DNA from: Escherichia coli
GTDB lineage: Bacteria > Pseudomonadota > Gammaproteobacteria > Enterobacterales > Enterobacteriaceae
Strand: one strand, 5' to 3'
Assembly (NCBI RefSeq): GCF_013315695.1
Contig: NZ_CP054353.1
Length of the DNA stretch: 64,000 bases
The notes under the pieces are model-generated. The model saw nothing but the letters and a program-made list of their open reading frames with translations, made no database searches and was not told where the DNA came from. The position numbers and the translations under genes are program-made. This document shows positions 1-9,026 of the stretch, one piece after another; positions within the stretch are counted from its first letter, which is position 1, and the number at the start of each line of letters is the position of its first letter.

Positions 1-635
1 TTCGTATGGGAACAGATCCTAACGTTTCGCAAAACCTTCCGTTCGGGGTGATGGATTCTCGTTTGATATTTCGTTTAAAGGTTATTCGTCCCTTTATTAA
101 CATGGTGGAGATCCCCAGACAGGTGATGTTTACCGTGTATGTGACATCAACGCCTAACGATCCGTTGGTTACACCTGTTTATACCATTAGTTTTGGTGGC
201 CGGGTTGAAGTACCGCAAAACTGCGAATTAAATGCCGGGCAAATTGTTGAATTTGATTTTGGTGATATCGGCGCATCGTTATTTAGTGCGGCAGGGCCGG
301 GGAATCGACCAGCTGGTGTCATGCCGCAAACCAAGAGCATTGCGATCAAATGTACGAATGTTGCTGCGCAGGCTTATTTAACAATGCGTCTGGAAGCCAG
401 TGCCGTTTCTGGTCAGGCGATGGTGTCGGACAATCAGGATTTAGGTTTTATTGTGGCCGATCAGAACGATACGCCGATCACGCCTAACGATCTCAATAGC
501 GTTATTCCTTTCCGTCTGGATGCAGCTGCGGCAGCCAATGTCACACTTCGCGCCTGGCCTATCAGTATTACCGGTCAAAAACCGACCGAAGGGCCGTTTA
601 GCGCGCTGGGGTATTTACGCGTCGATTATCAATGA
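1..635 (+). CDS. sfmH: fimbrial adhesin-like protein SfmH, C-terminal part (5' end outside window)
   Basis: Frame open from window edge to TGA at 633-635. Fimbrial-subunit-like C terminus (...FSALGYLRVDYQ). Synteny sfmH-sfmF-fimZ-argU as in E. coli K-12. Confidence 0.8.
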   Translation, partial: RMGTDPNVSQNLPFGVMDSRLIFRLKVIRPFINMVEIPRQVMFTVYVTSTPNDPLVTPVYTISFGGRVEVPQNCELNAGQIVEFDFGDIGASLFSAAGPGNRPAGVMPQTKSIAIKCTNVAAQAYLTMRLEASAVSGQAMVSDNQDLGFIVADQNDTPITPNDLNSVIPFRLDAAAAANVTLRAWPISITGQKPTEGPFSALGYLRVDYQ

Positions 636-645
636 GGTACGGAGA

Positions 646-1161
646 ATGAGAAGAGTACTCTTTAGCTGTTTCTGCGGGCTACTGTGGAGTTCCAGTGGAT
701 GGGCAGTTGACCCTTTAGGAACGATTAATATCAATTTGCACGGTAACGTTGTTGATTTCTCCTGTACCGTAAACACAGCGGATAAGGATAAGACGGTAGA
801 TTTAGGCAGATGGCCTACGACACAATTACTGAGCGCTGGCGATACCACGGCACTCGTCCCTTTTAGCCTGCGGCTGGAGGGATGTCCTCCGGGTTCAGTT
901 GCGATTTTATTTACGGGAACGCCGGCATCTGATGCCAACCTGCTGGCTCTGGATGATCCCGCAATGGCACAAACCGTCGCCATCGAATTACGTAATAGCG
1001 ATCGCTCCCGGCTCGCACTGGGGGAGGCGAGCTCGACTGAGGAAGTTGATGCAAATGGCAATGTCACACTAAACTTTTTTGCCAATTATCGAGCGTTAGC
1101 CAGCGGTGTTCAGCCTGGTGTGGCGAAAGCGGATGCGATATTTATGATCAATTATAATTAA
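646..1161 (+). CDS. sfmF: type-1-like fimbrial subunit SfmF
   Basis: ATG at 646 in frame with track ORF 451-1161, preceded by GGAG. Signal peptide MRRVLFSCFCGLLWSSSGWA and a fimbrial subunit-like body with a C-terminal beta-strand (ADAIFMINYN). Confidence 0.8.
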   Translation: MRRVLFSCFCGLLWSSSGWAVDPLGTININLHGNVVDFSCTVNTADKDKTVDLGRWPTTQLLSAGDTTALVPFSLRLEGCPPGSVAILFTGTPASDANLLALDDPAMAQTVAIELRNSDRSRLALGEASSTEEVDANGNVTLNFFANYRALASGVQPGVAKADAIFMINYN

Positions 1162-1163
1162 TA

Positions 1164-1796
1164 TTATATTAATTCATATAATTTGGCGTAGTCGATAAGC
1201 TCTACAATTGAATGCAAACCTAGCTTGCCATAAATATTAGATTTATGTGCACTAACTGTTTTATTGCTAAGTAATAACTTATCGGCAATTTCTTTATTAG
1301 ATAATCCGCTAACCAGATAACGTAATATGGTTACTTCACGATTAGATAGCACCGTGACCGTTGAACTATTCGTACTGCATTTATTGCTTTTTATATAGTT
1401 GAGCGTTTCGCTGGGAAAAAAAGTGTATCCGGAGAGGATCATCTGAACGGCATGAAAAATATCATTCTGATCATTGCATTTACTGACAAAACCGTTAGCA
1501 CCAGCTTGTACCGCTCTGCCAGCATAAAAGCATTCTGATTTCGATGATAAAAATAATACTTTCACTGTACTCTGGATTTGTTTGATCCTTTTCAGGAAGG
1601 TAAAACCGTCTGTTCCGGGCAAGTCTATATCCATAATGATTAAATCAACAGGACGGGTTCGGAGATAATCGATGGTTATGCGATAATCATCCGTTTTCAG
1701 GACAATTTGCAATTCATTGTTTTTTTGCAACAGAACTTCAATAGACATTCTGATGATAGGATGAGTATCCATAATGATCACCGACGTTGGTTTCAT
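1164..1796 (-). CDS. fimZ: LuxR/FixJ-family response regulator FimZ
   Basis: Track ORF 1164-1823. Start placed at internal Met (MKPTSVIIMDTHPIIR...) to give the 210-aa K-12 length. Receiver domain plus C-terminal LuxR HTH (LSNREVTILRYLVSGLSNKEIADKL). Confidence 0.9.
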   Translation of the reverse strand: MKPTSVIIMDTHPIIRMSIEVLLQKNNELQIVLKTDDYRITIDYLRTRPVDLIIMDIDLPGTDGFTFLKRIKQIQSTVKVLFLSSKSECFYAGRAVQAGANGFVSKCNDQNDIFHAVQMILSGYTFFPSETLNYIKSNKCSTNSSTVTVLSNREVTILRYLVSGLSNKEIADKLLLSNKTVSAHKSNIYGKLGLHSIVELIDYAKLYELI

Positions 1797-1978
1797 AGTT
1801 ACCAGTCTCATTGGATCGGACAATTTTCCGTTAGGGCGGGAAATTGTACTTGATACATGAAAATACGGGTTTTCTTGATTCAGACGCGCAGCGGTGTGCG
1901 TTTGTTTGCCGCTATAACGAAATAAATCAGAAAATCAGACGCGGTCGTTCACTTGTTCAGCAACCAGATCAAAAGCCA

Positions 1979-2006
1979 TTGACTCAGCAAGGGTTGACCG
2001 TATAAT
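1979..2006 (+). promoter_or_regulatory. candidate sigma70 promoter of argU
   Basis: TTGACT (1979-1984), 16-nt spacer, TATAAT (2001-2006), about 30 nt upstream of the mature tRNA 5' end. Confidence 0.55.
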
Positions 2007-2037
2007 TCACGCGATTACACCGCATTGCGGTATCAAC

Positions 2038-2114
2038 GCGCCCTTAGCTCAGTTGGATAGAGCAACGACCTTCTAAGTCGTGGGCCGCAGGTTCGAATCC
2101 TGCAGGGCGCGCCA
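2038..2114 (+). tRNA. argU: tRNA-Arg (anticodon UCU)
   Basis: 77-nt cloverleaf GCGCCCTTAGCTCAGTTGGATAGAGCAACGACCTTCTAAGTCGTGGGCCGCAGGTTCGAATCCTGCAGGGCGCGCCA. TCT anticodon in the CTTCTAA loop and an encoded CCA end. Confidence 0.95.
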
Positions 2115-2116
2115 TT
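2070..2116. repeat. prophage attL core (47-bp direct repeat, 3' part of argU)
   Basis: 2070-2116 is identical to 38755-38801. It is immediately followed by a tyrosine integrase gene. Confidence 0.9.
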
Positions 2117-2129
2117 ACAATTCAATCAG

Positions 2130-3293
2130 TTACGCCTTCTTTATATCCTCCATAATTCCACAGTGGGACATATTTGGGACATTATCACCAAAAATGTCGT
2201 CTATTTTCCTTGCATGCTCTGTCAAATGATTAGGCGCAAGGTGAGCATACCTACGAACCATTTCTATGGACTCCCATCCGCCCATTTCCTGAAGCACAGA
2301 TAATGGGACGCCTGACTGGATCAGCCAGCTTGCCCAGGTGTGTCTGAGGTCATGGAAACGGAAATCTTCAATTCCTGCACGACGACAAGCTGATAGCCAT
2401 GATGTCTTGCTGTCGATGCGCATCTTCCTGACCGCAGGCGTTGATGTTCCATCTGCTCGCTTAGTCGCCTTGGTATGTACAAACACCCATTTGTGATGCT
2501 TGCCTATTTGATCACGCAACACTTTACAGGCGGTATCGTTCAGCGCCACACCAATGGCGCGGTTTGATTTGCTCTCTTCTGGATTCACCCAGGCAACTCG
2601 TCGCTGCATGTCGATTTGTTGCCATTCCAGATTTATGATGTTCGACTTTCTCAGACCAGTTGCCAGCGCAAACTTGACGACAGATTTCAGTGGTTCGGGG
2701 CACTCATCAATAAGGCGTTTTGCTTCCTCCTTTTCCAGCCATCTGACTCGCTTGTTTCTGACCGCTGGTATCTTGATGACAGGCGCTTTTTCCAGCCACT
2801 TCCAGTCGCGTTCTGCAGCACGGAGAATGGCCTTTATCATGGCAAGATGCTTTGCCTTTGTCTGAGTTGATACTGGCTTTGGTTCATAAACAGGCGGTTC
2901 TTTACCTTTCCTGATGGCGGCCTGAACTTTCTGTTTCCATATTTCTTTCGTCTTTCTGTTATGCATTCTGCTTACAGCAGAGTAAATCTTTGCCTCCGAG
3001 ATATCTTTAAGCCTTATACCCTCAAAATGTTCAAGCCAGAACTCAATCCGGCTTTTATCTGAATCGAGAGATTTTTTATCAGCTTTTTCCTCAAGCCATC
3101 TTAGGCAGGCCTCTTCAAAAGTGACATCAGGTAAATCCCCTAGCTTTTCTACTCGCCAGAGTTCTGCTTTTCGCTTGTCGTGCAACTCCTGAGCTTGCCG
3201 CTTGTCCTTTGTGCCAAGAGATTCCTTAATTCGTTTCCCGCCCGGGAGCGAATACGAGGCATACCATATTTCATTTCTGCGGAAGAGTGACAT
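2130..3293 (-). CDS. intD: tyrosine-recombinase prophage integrase (DLP12 IntD type)
   Basis: 387-aa ORF adjacent to the tRNA att site. C-terminal catalytic motifs ([32 protein letters not shown]). Sequence recognised as DLP12 IntD. Confidence 0.95.
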   Translation of the reverse strand: MSLFRRNEIWYASYSLPGGKRIKESLGTKDKRQAQELHDKRKAELWRVEKLGDLPDVTFEEACLRWLEEKADKKSLDSDKSRIEFWLEHFEGIRLKDISEAKIYSAVSRMHNRKTKEIWKQKVQAAIRKGKEPPVYEPKPVSTQTKAKHLAMIKAILRAAERDWKWLEKAPVIKIPAVRNKRVRWLEKEEAKRLIDECPEPLKSVVKFALATGLRKSNIINLEWQQIDMQRRVAWVNPEESKSNRAIGVALNDTACKVLRDQIGKHHKWVFVHTKATKRADGTSTPAVRKMRIDSKTSWLSACRRAGIEDFRFHDLRHTWASWLIQSGVPLSVLQEMGGWESIEMVRRYAHLAPNHLTEHARKIDDIFGDNVPNMSHCGIMEDIKKA

Positions 3294-3520
3294 TTTCTTT
3301 CCTCTGTTATGCCATCACCCGCGCTCACCTGGACAGTATGCAGCGGAGACTGAAGCGCCGCAATGCAAGCTTGCCGTGTTGTGAGGTAAGGAGATTTTGG
3401 CTTGGTTGGATCTTTACGTGTTGCCTGTAGGCGGCCTGTTCGTATCCAGTTGGTGGCGGTTGGTCTGGATATCTTAAGAAACTGACAGGCCTCATCGAGT
3501 GTGAGGCTGTATGGCTCCAT
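3149..3520 (-). CDS. xisD: excisionase-like HTH protein; 3' ~145 nt overlaps int in another frame, so the true C terminus is uncertain
   Basis: Internal Met of track ORF 3149-3604 ([31 protein letters not shown]), an excisionase-type helix-turn-helix. Position directly upstream of int. Confidence 0.55.
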   Translation of the reverse strand: MEPYSLTLDEACQFLKISRPTATNWIRTGRLQATRKDPTKPKSPYLTTRQACIAALQSPLHTVQVSAGDGITEERKCHSSAEMKYGMPRIRSRAGNELRNLLAQRTSGKLRSCTTSEKQNSGE

Positions 3521-3825
3521 TATTTCACCTCTTGCTGTGTCATTGTTGAAAAATGGATACCAGCTCGTTGCTGCCAGACGATCCAACCGAGAGTCATATC
3601 CCATGCCATGTATTCGTTATCGCCGTTTTTTACTCTCCGACGATCTACTAAGTCACCGAAACGCTTTTCCATGAATAATTCATAGGCTTCGCGTTCATCT
3701 GGCTCTACTTCCAGAGATACGAGTGCGATTTCATAAGCACGGCGCTCAATATCGTCTCGAACCTCTAGGCTGCTGATTCGTTCTTTGATTTCTTTAATCA
3801 GTTCTTTATTGGTAAATGTGGTCAT
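3520..3825 (-). CDS. hypothetical early-left prophage protein (101 aa, acidic)
   Basis: ORF packed end to end with its neighbours (its stop codon shares nucleotide 3520 with the xis start). No family recognised. Confidence 0.5.
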   Translation of the reverse strand: MTTFTNKELIKEIKERISSLEVRDDIERRAYEIALVSLEVEPDEREAYELFMEKRFGDLVDRRRVKNGDNEYMAWDMTLGWIVWQQRAGIHFSTMTQQEVK

Positions 3826-4187
3826 TATGCTCCAGCCTCCGGTGCTTTTGGCATTACTGCCCAGTGAGTGATATTGACGTTTTCAAGGTCCCCGACCTGA
3901 AATGTCCACTGCCATTCTCCGGTTTCTTTTTGTCCCCAGGTGTACCAGAGAGAACGCCAGCCAATCAGCCAGCCTTCTCCATTAGCATCAAATAACAGAA
4001 CACTTTCATTTGCTGGTGGCAGTTCAGCTGACACTGGTATTATTTTGTTTTCCAGTGCCGCACATTTAGCTTCAAGCGCGTCGAATTTACGTAACAGGTA
4101 CTCAGCATTTGTTTCATTCACTTTCAGATCTCGCGGTACACATTTCCCGCGAAGAAACCCTTCCATTTCGAAAACATTCATGCGCAT
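3825..4187 (-). CDS. DUF551-like prophage protein
   Basis: 120-aa ORF with a Trp-rich C-terminal half (GWLIGWRSLWYTWGQKETGEWQW...ITHWAVMP), typical of DUF551 proteins in lambdoid early-left operons. It shares nucleotide 3825 with the start of the downstream gene. Confidence 0.6.
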   Translation of the reverse strand: MRMNVFEMEGFLRGKCVPRDLKVNETNAEYLLRKFDALEAKCAALENKIIPVSAELPPANESVLLFDANGEGWLIGWRSLWYTWGQKETGEWQWTFQVGDLENVNITHWAVMPKAPEAGA

Positions 4188-4714
4188 TTGCGTAACTCCG
4201 ATAAATCGTTAAAACGTTCCATAAACATCCCGTAGGCATGACCCGGTGCCAGTGGAATCACGTTGAACATCTCTGTTGCCGGGATGCCTTCCAGTACAGG
4301 CCAGAAAGAGCCATCATCAAGCCCGAGATCGCGGCGTTCGGTTGCCAGCATGATGAGATCGGCATATTTCACGGGTGTACTCATAACTGGGGGTAACCCG
4401 TATTTCTCACGGATTACGGCGTCTATTTTTTCTTCCATCCGTTTATAGTCAGGAAGAAGGCGTTTCAGTGGTGCGGGAATGTCCTGGCAATACGCTTCTG
4501 TTGCATCATGCATTAACGCTTCAAAAGCAAATTCCTGCGGCACCAGCTGGCTGCAAAGAACCGCATGTTGGGCGACGCTGTAGAAGTGCGAAAGATGACC
4601 GGCAAAGCGACAGATATTTGAAAGGGAAACCGCGATATCGTTAATATCGATGTCGTCTTTATTTATCTTGTCATAATAAAAATGCTTCCCGGAAAAAGTT
4701 TTAATAAATGACAT
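4178..4714 (-). CDS. HD-domain phosphohydrolase (YfbR-like 5'-nucleotidase family)
   Basis: Track ORF 4178-4741. Start moved to MSFIKTF (ATG 4714), which has GGAGAAC upstream. H...HD metal-binding signature (SVAQHAVL...ALMHDATEAY). Confidence 0.7.
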   Translation of the reverse strand: MSFIKTFSGKHFYYDKINKDDIDINDIAVSLSNICRFAGHLSHFYSVAQHAVLCSQLVPQEFAFEALMHDATEAYCQDIPAPLKRLLPDYKRMEEKIDAVIREKYGLPPVMSTPVKYADLIMLATERRDLGLDDGSFWPVLEGIPATEMFNVIPLAPGHAYGMFMERFNDLSELRKCA

Positions 4715-4841
4715 TTTGTTCTCCACGTATATGCACTGCACCGCGCTGAATTCTGGTAAAAGGAAGCCCTCACCATCCGGTGATTATTGAGTTAATTACG
4801 TTTCCATAAATGCCCCCGCAGGGGCATTTGCAGTAATGAAA

Positions 4842-5041
4842 TCAGGCGGTGAAAGTACCAATAAAGGTTTCTACTTTGCTGTCTTTGAATTTCTCAACAA
4901 GCAGATCACGAAATTCGTTAGCCATTTCTTCCTGCACCGCTTCCAGCTGAATAATGCGCAGAACCAGTACAGGACGATCGCCAGTGATAATGCTGAGGCG
5001 TAATTTAAACGGACGTTCTTTCAGACCTTCAAACGGAACGC
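4842..5041 (-). pseudogene. 3' fragment of an unidentified prophage early gene, truncated by IS1
   Basis: Minus-strand frame reads ...[65 protein letters not shown] with its stop at 4842-4844. The frame runs straight into the IS1 left end at 5042. Confidence 0.4.
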
Positions 5042-5096
5042 GGTGATGCTGCCAACTTACTGATTTAGTGTATGATGGTGTTTTTGAGGTGCTCCA

Positions 5097-5372
5097 GTGG
5101 CTTCTGTTTCTATCAGCTGTCCCTCCTGTTCAGCTACTGACGGGGTGGTGCGTAACGGCAAAAGCACCGCCGGACATCAGCGCTATCTCTGCTCTCACTG
5201 CCGTAAAACATGGCAACTGCAGTTCACTTACACCGCTTCTCAACCCGGTACGCACCAGAAAATCATTGATATGGCCATGAATGGCGTTGGATGCCGGGCA
5301 ACAGCCCGCATTATGGGCGTTGGCCTCAACACGATTTTACGTCACTTAAAAAACTCAGGCCGCAGTCGGTAA
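5097..5372 (+). CDS. insA: IS1 InsA
   Basis: 91-aa [33 protein letters not shown]... identical in form to IS1 InsA. Confidence 0.9.
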
Positions 5373-5794
5373 CCTCGCGCATACAGCCGGGCAGTGACGT
5401 CATCGTCTGCGCGGAAATGGACGAACAGTGGGGCTATGTCGGGGCTAAATCGCGCCAGCGCTGGCTGTTTTACGCGTATGACAGGCTCCGGAAGACGGTT
5501 GTTGCGCACGTATTCGGTGAACGCACTATGGCGACGCTGGGGCGTCTTATGAGCCTGCTGTCACCCTTTGACGTGGTGATATGGATGACGGATGGCTGGC
5601 CGCTGTATGAATCCCGCCTGAAGGGAAAGCTGCACGTAATCAGCAAGCGATATACGCAGCGAATTGAGCGGCATAACCTGAATCTGAGGCAGCACCTGGC
5701 ACGGCTGGGACGGAAGTCGCTGTCGTTCTCAAAATCGGTGGAGCTGCATGACAAAGTCATCGGGCATTATCTGAACATAAAACACTATCAATAA
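5291..5794 (+). CDS. insB: IS1 InsB frame (transposase InsAB' made by -1 frameshift at the A6C motif near 5348-5354)
   Basis: 167-aa ORF overlapping insA in the -1 frame. The TTAAAAAACTC slippery run lies in the overlap. Confidence 0.9.
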
Positions 5795-5844
5795 GTTGGA
5801 GTCATTACCTTCTAATTGATATGCAATTGTTTACTAAAAGTTAT

Positions 5845-5869
5845 TAAAAATGGGGCGTGGAAACGCCCC
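5845..5869 (-). terminator. candidate rho-independent terminator (minus strand, downstream of nmpC)
   Basis: GGGGCGT-GGAA-ACGCCCC hairpin (5852-5869). On the minus strand it is followed by ATTTTTAATAA. Confidence 0.45.
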
Positions 5870-5956
5870 CAAAATAAAGGGTAATATATAACAGAAGGTT
5901 TATATAGTAAGAAGCAAGGTAGTGCTTCTAAAGGAAGTGGCTTGAGGGCTCCACTT

Positions 5957-5997
5957 ATATGTTGCGGAGGCAAAGCCTCCCGCAACATATCTTTTTC
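5957..5997 (+). terminator. strong hairpin with plus-strand T-tract facing the 3' end of nmpC
   Basis: ATATGTTGCGGAGGC-AAA-GCCTCCCGCAACATAT (15-16 bp stem with one bulge) followed by CTTTTTCG. It lies 18 nt from the nmpC stop. Confidence 0.5.
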
Positions 5998-6007
5998 GTA
6001 AGTCAGA

Positions 6008-7090
6008 TTAGAACTGATAAACCAGACCTACAGCGACGATGTCGTCGGTATCAATACCAGCTGTTTTGGTAAACTTACTATCGTCAATTAAGTTGATTTT
6101 GTAATCAACAAAAGTGGACATGTTTTTATTAAAGTAGTAAGTAGCACCGACATCGACATACTTGACTAAGTCTCGGTCACCATGAACACCAAGGTCTTTA
6201 CCTTTTGACTGAAGGTAAGCAACAGATGGACGCAGACCGAAGTCAAACTGATATTGTGCTACTGCTTCAAAGTTTTGTGCTTTGTTTGCAATATGGTTAT
6301 TACCAAAAACGGTCATATTCTGAGTTTCAGAATATGTGGTAGCCAGATAGATATTGTTCGCATCATATTTCAGGCCTGCAGCCCATACTTCCGCATTTTT
6401 GCCGGAGGCATTGAATTTGCTCTTACCATAGGCGACCTGACCGTCAGTGCGATCTGATTTAGCATAGGTTGCACCCACGCCGAATCCTTCATACTCATAA
6501 GTAGTGGAGAAACCGAAACCATCACCATTGGCTTCAGTTACGTCAGTGCGGTCATTTTTACCCTGATACTGAGCAGCAAAGTTCAGGCCATCGACCAGAC
6601 CAAAGAAGTCGTTGTTACGATAAGTTGCAACACCAGTAGTGCGACCAGTCATGAACACATCTGTTTGGGTCCAGGTATCACCACCGAATTCTGGCAGGAC
6701 GTCAGTCCACGCACCGATGTCGTATGCTACACCGTAGTTACGGCCGTAATCGATTGAGCCGTAATCACCAAATTTCAGGCCTGCAAATGCAAGACGGGTT
6801 TTGTCTTTGGAAGAACCTTGAGATTCAGCACGGTTGCCTTTGAATTCATATTCCCACTGACCGAAACCAGTCAGTTGATCGTTGATTTGGGTTTCACCTT
6901 TGAAGCCAAGACGGGCATAAGTAGTATCACCATCATCTGCATCATTAGAGGAGAAGTAGTGCTTGGCATTAACTTTCCCGTATAGATCCAGCTTGTTACT
7001 GTCTTTATTATAAATTTCAGCTGCCTGAGCAGACATCGCCATCAGTACTGATGCAGCTACAGCAGAAATTGCCACTGTTAATTTTTTCAT
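6008..7090 (-). CDS. nmpC: OmpC/OmpF-family general porin NmpC (intact)
   Basis: Track ORF 6008-7150. Start placed at [23 protein letters not shown] (signal peptide). Porin hallmarks [16 protein letters not shown] and C-terminal ...VAVGLVYQF. Confidence 0.9.
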   Translation of the reverse strand: MKKLTVAISAVAASVLMAMSAQAAEIYNKDSNKLDLYGKVNAKHYFSSNDADDGDTTYARLGFKGETQINDQLTGFGQWEYEFKGNRAESQGSSKDKTRLAFAGLKFGDYGSIDYGRNYGVAYDIGAWTDVLPEFGGDTWTQTDVFMTGRTTGVATYRNNDFFGLVDGLNFAAQYQGKNDRTDVTEANGDGFGFSTTYEYEGFGVGATYAKSDRTDGQVAYGKSKFNASGKNAEVWAAGLKYDANNIYLATTYSETQNMTVFGNNHIANKAQNFEAVAQYQFDFGLRPSVAYLQSKGKDLGVHGDRDLVKYVDVGATYYFNKNMSTFVDYKINLIDDSKFTKTAGIDTDDIVAVGLVYQF

Positions 7091-7458
7091 TGTACGCCCT
7101 TTTTTTGAACTATTATTAAAAAATGATGTCACTGCGCGATAAATATTCATCTAATCAATGCGATTATTTCAAGATGTAAGTTTTAGTTTCTCATTTAATT
7201 TGTGAAGTAGATCTCTATTTTTATCTAAACCTTTTCTATCTAATCCTATTCATGGCTCTTGTTTGAACGAAAATAAATCTATTAGCTAATTTATATTAAT
7301 GGCACTTATTTATAAGCGATCTATAATTCTTTAGCTTAATTTAAACAAGCTAAAAATAACATCGGAAATTATTCATTGGTTATTTGTTGAAGTTTTCTTA
7401 TGTATTTGTGGTGGTGTTTTGAACACTCGGTGGCATTCTCACAAATATCATTTAGTAG

Positions 7459-7486
7459 TTTACGTACGTAAAAAATTGGTTATGCT
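7459..7486 (+). promoter_or_regulatory. candidate late (pR'-like) promoter
   Basis: TTTACG (7459-7464), 16-nt spacer, TATGCT (7481-7486). It is followed about 30 nt later by a strong terminator, and the holin gene starts at 7679. The layout resembles lambdoid pR'-tR'. Confidence 0.3.
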
Positions 7487-7516
7487 GTTAAGAGTGGTTA
7501 CTTCGTCACACAGCTT

Positions 7517-7549
7517 AAACCCGCCGTCGAGCGGGTTTTTCCATTTTTT
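7517..7549 (+). terminator. rho-independent terminator upstream of the lysis cassette (tR'-like)
   Basis: AAACCCGC-CGTCGA-GCGGGTTT hairpin followed by TTTTTCCATTTTTT. Confidence 0.65.
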
Positions 7550-7678
7550 GAGTCTCGATATTAGCTGATAACCCAATACCTGAGTTATTCACTGACTCCG
7601 AATCTGTTACGTTTCTGCCTTTATTGCGATACGTAGTATCCCCTTAATTTACACCCGCTTTGTCTGCGAGGTGGGGTT

Positions 7679-7894
7679 ATGAAATCCATGGATAAGTTAA
7701 CAACGGGTGTCGCCTATGGCACCTCAGCAGGTAGTGCCGGATACTGGTTTTTACAGCTGCTAGATAAAGTCACGCCCTCACAGTGGGCGGCAATTGGAGT
7801 GCTGGGTAGCCTGGTATTTGGCCTGCTGACGTACCTGACAAACCTTTATTTCAAGATTAAAGAAGATAAGCGCAAGGCTGCGAGAGGTGGATAA
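7679..7894 (+). CDS. essD: phage-21-type class II holin (pinholin) with dual-start motif
   Basis: 71 aa, two TM segments, N terminus MKSM (Met1/Met4 antiholin-holin dual start), charged C terminus [13 protein letters not shown]. Recognised as an EssD/S21 homologue. Confidence 0.9.
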
Positions 7895-8391
7895 TGCCTC
7901 CATCATTACGAAAAGCTGTTGCTGCTGCTATTGGTGGCGGGGCTATTGCTATAGCATCTGTGTTAATCACTGGCCCAAGTGGTAACGATGGTCTGGAAGG
8001 TGTGAGACATAATCCTTACAAAGACATAGTTGGTGTATGGACTGTATGTTACGGGCATACAGGAAAAGACATCATTCCCGGTAAAACGTATACCGAAGCA
8101 GAGTGCAAAGCCCTCCTGAATAAAGACCTTGCCACTGTCGCCAGACAAATTAACCCGTACATCAAAGTCGATATACCGGAAACAACGCGCGGCGCTCTTT
8201 ACTCGTTCGTCTACAACGTGGGTGCTGGCAATTTCAGAACATCGACGCTTCTTCGCAAAATCAACCAGGGCGATATCAAAGGCGCATGTGACCAGCTACG
8301 TCGCTGGACATACGCTGGCGGTAAGCAATGGAAAGGGCTGATGACTCGCCGTGAGATTGAGCGTGAAGTCTGTTTGTGGGGGCAGCAATGA
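7894..8391 (+). CDS. rrrD: SAR endolysin (T4-lysozyme family, R21/RrrD type)
   Basis: 165 aa. N-terminal Gly/Ala-rich signal-arrest-release segment ([20 protein letters not shown]) and GH24 catalytic region [24 protein letters not shown]. Its ATG begins at the last base of the holin stop codon (TAATG). Confidence 0.9.
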   Translation: MPPSLRKAVAAAIGGGAIAIASVLITGPSGNDGLEGVRHNPYKDIVGVWTVCYGHTGKDIIPGKTYTEAECKALLNKDLATVARQINPYIKVDIPETTRGALYSFVYNVGAGNFRTSTLLRKINQGDIKGACDQLRRWTYAGGKQWKGLMTRREIEREVCLWGQQ

Positions 8392-8825
8392 GCAGGTTAA
8401 CCGCGATTATCTCCGCTCTGGTTATCTGCATCATCGTCTGTCTGTCATGGGCTGTTAATCATTACCGTGATAACGCCATTACCTATAAAGAACAGCGCGA
8501 TAAAGCCACGTACATCATCGCTGACATGCAGAAGCGTCAACGTGACGTAGCAGAACTCGATGCCAGATATACAAAGGAGCTTGCTGATGCTAACGCGACT
8601 ATCGAAAGTCTCCGTGCTGATGTTTCTGCTGGGCGTAAGCGCCTGCAAGTCGCCGCCACCTGTGCAAAGTCAACGACCGGAGCCAGCGGCATGGGCGATG
8701 GAGAAAGCCCAGGACTTACAGCAGATGCTGAACTCAATTATTACCGTCTCCGAAGTGGAATCGACAAGATAACCGCGCAGGTTAACTACCTGCAGGAATA
8801 CATCAGGACGCAATGCCTGAAATAA
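8388..8825 (+). CDS. rzpD: i-spanin Rz
   Basis: Start [21 protein letters not shown] (N-terminal TM) as an ATGA overlap with the endolysin stop. Coiled-coil periplasmic domain. Confidence 0.85.
   Translation: MSRLTAIISALVICIIVCLSWAVNHYRDNAITYKEQRDKATYIIADMQKRQRDVAELDARYTKELADANATIESLRADVSAGRKRLQVAATCAKSTTGASGMGDGESPGLTADAELNYYRLRSGIDKITAQVNYLQEYIRTQCLK
8587..8772 (+). CDS. rzoD: o-spanin Rz1 lipoprotein, embedded in the +1 frame of Rz
   Basis: Internal Met of track ORF 8560-8772. Lipobox LLGVSAC followed by a Pro-rich mature region ([13 protein letters not shown]). Confidence 0.75.
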   Translation: MLTRLSKVSVLMFLLGVSACKSPPPVQSQRPEPAAWAMEKAQDLQQMLNSIITVSEVESTR

Positions 8826-8856
8826 TTTTTTTGCAAATCACAAAGTCAATTTAATG

Positions 8857-8880
8857 AGCCTCGCGATGCGGGGCTTTTTG
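8857..8880 (+). terminator. rho-independent terminator after the lysis cassette
   Basis: AGCCTCGC-GAT-GCGGGGCT stem-loop followed by TTTTTG. Confidence 0.6.
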
Positions 8881-8886
8881 CAATAA

Positions 8887-8911
8887 ATGCGTACCGCAAC
8901 GCATGTTTTTT
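8887..8911 (+). terminator. second tandem terminator-like hairpin
   Basis: ATGCGT-ACCGCA-ACGCAT followed by GTTTTTT. Confidence 0.45.
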
Positions 8912-9026
8912 ACACCGAACCTGCCCCTTTGGAATGGGCCTTTGAGGATACCAGTTAGTGCTGGCGAGCCTCGGTGGGCTGGTTTCCTGTGCGGCAAAGG
9001 TTCATTTCAAAGAGTAGGTACACGCT

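Larger units (their letters stand above)
5042..5809 (+). mobile_element. IS1 insertion sequence (768 bp)
   Basis: Terminal inverted repeats GGTGATGCTGCCAACTTACTGAT ... ATCAATAAGTTGGAGTCATTACC. insA and insB sit at canonical offsets (56 and 753 from the left end). Flanking 9-mers differ (ACGGAACGC vs TTCTAATTG). Confidence 0.95.

Noticed and set aside
3149-3293. The 48-codon tail of the xis ORF overlapping int, considered as a possible genuine overlapping-gene arrangement
   Set aside because: The excisionase HTH domain ends well before the overlap and the tail is Arg/Ser-rich with no structure signal. It is more likely a fortuitously open frame or a lost stop codon. The ORF is kept as a feature, but the overlap is not claimed as functional.
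5068-5760. Extra ORFs inside IS1 (5068-5280 plus strand, 5470-5760 minus strand)
   Set aside because: They overlap the canonical insA and insB frames of a textbook IS1. They are not part of known IS1 coding capacity.
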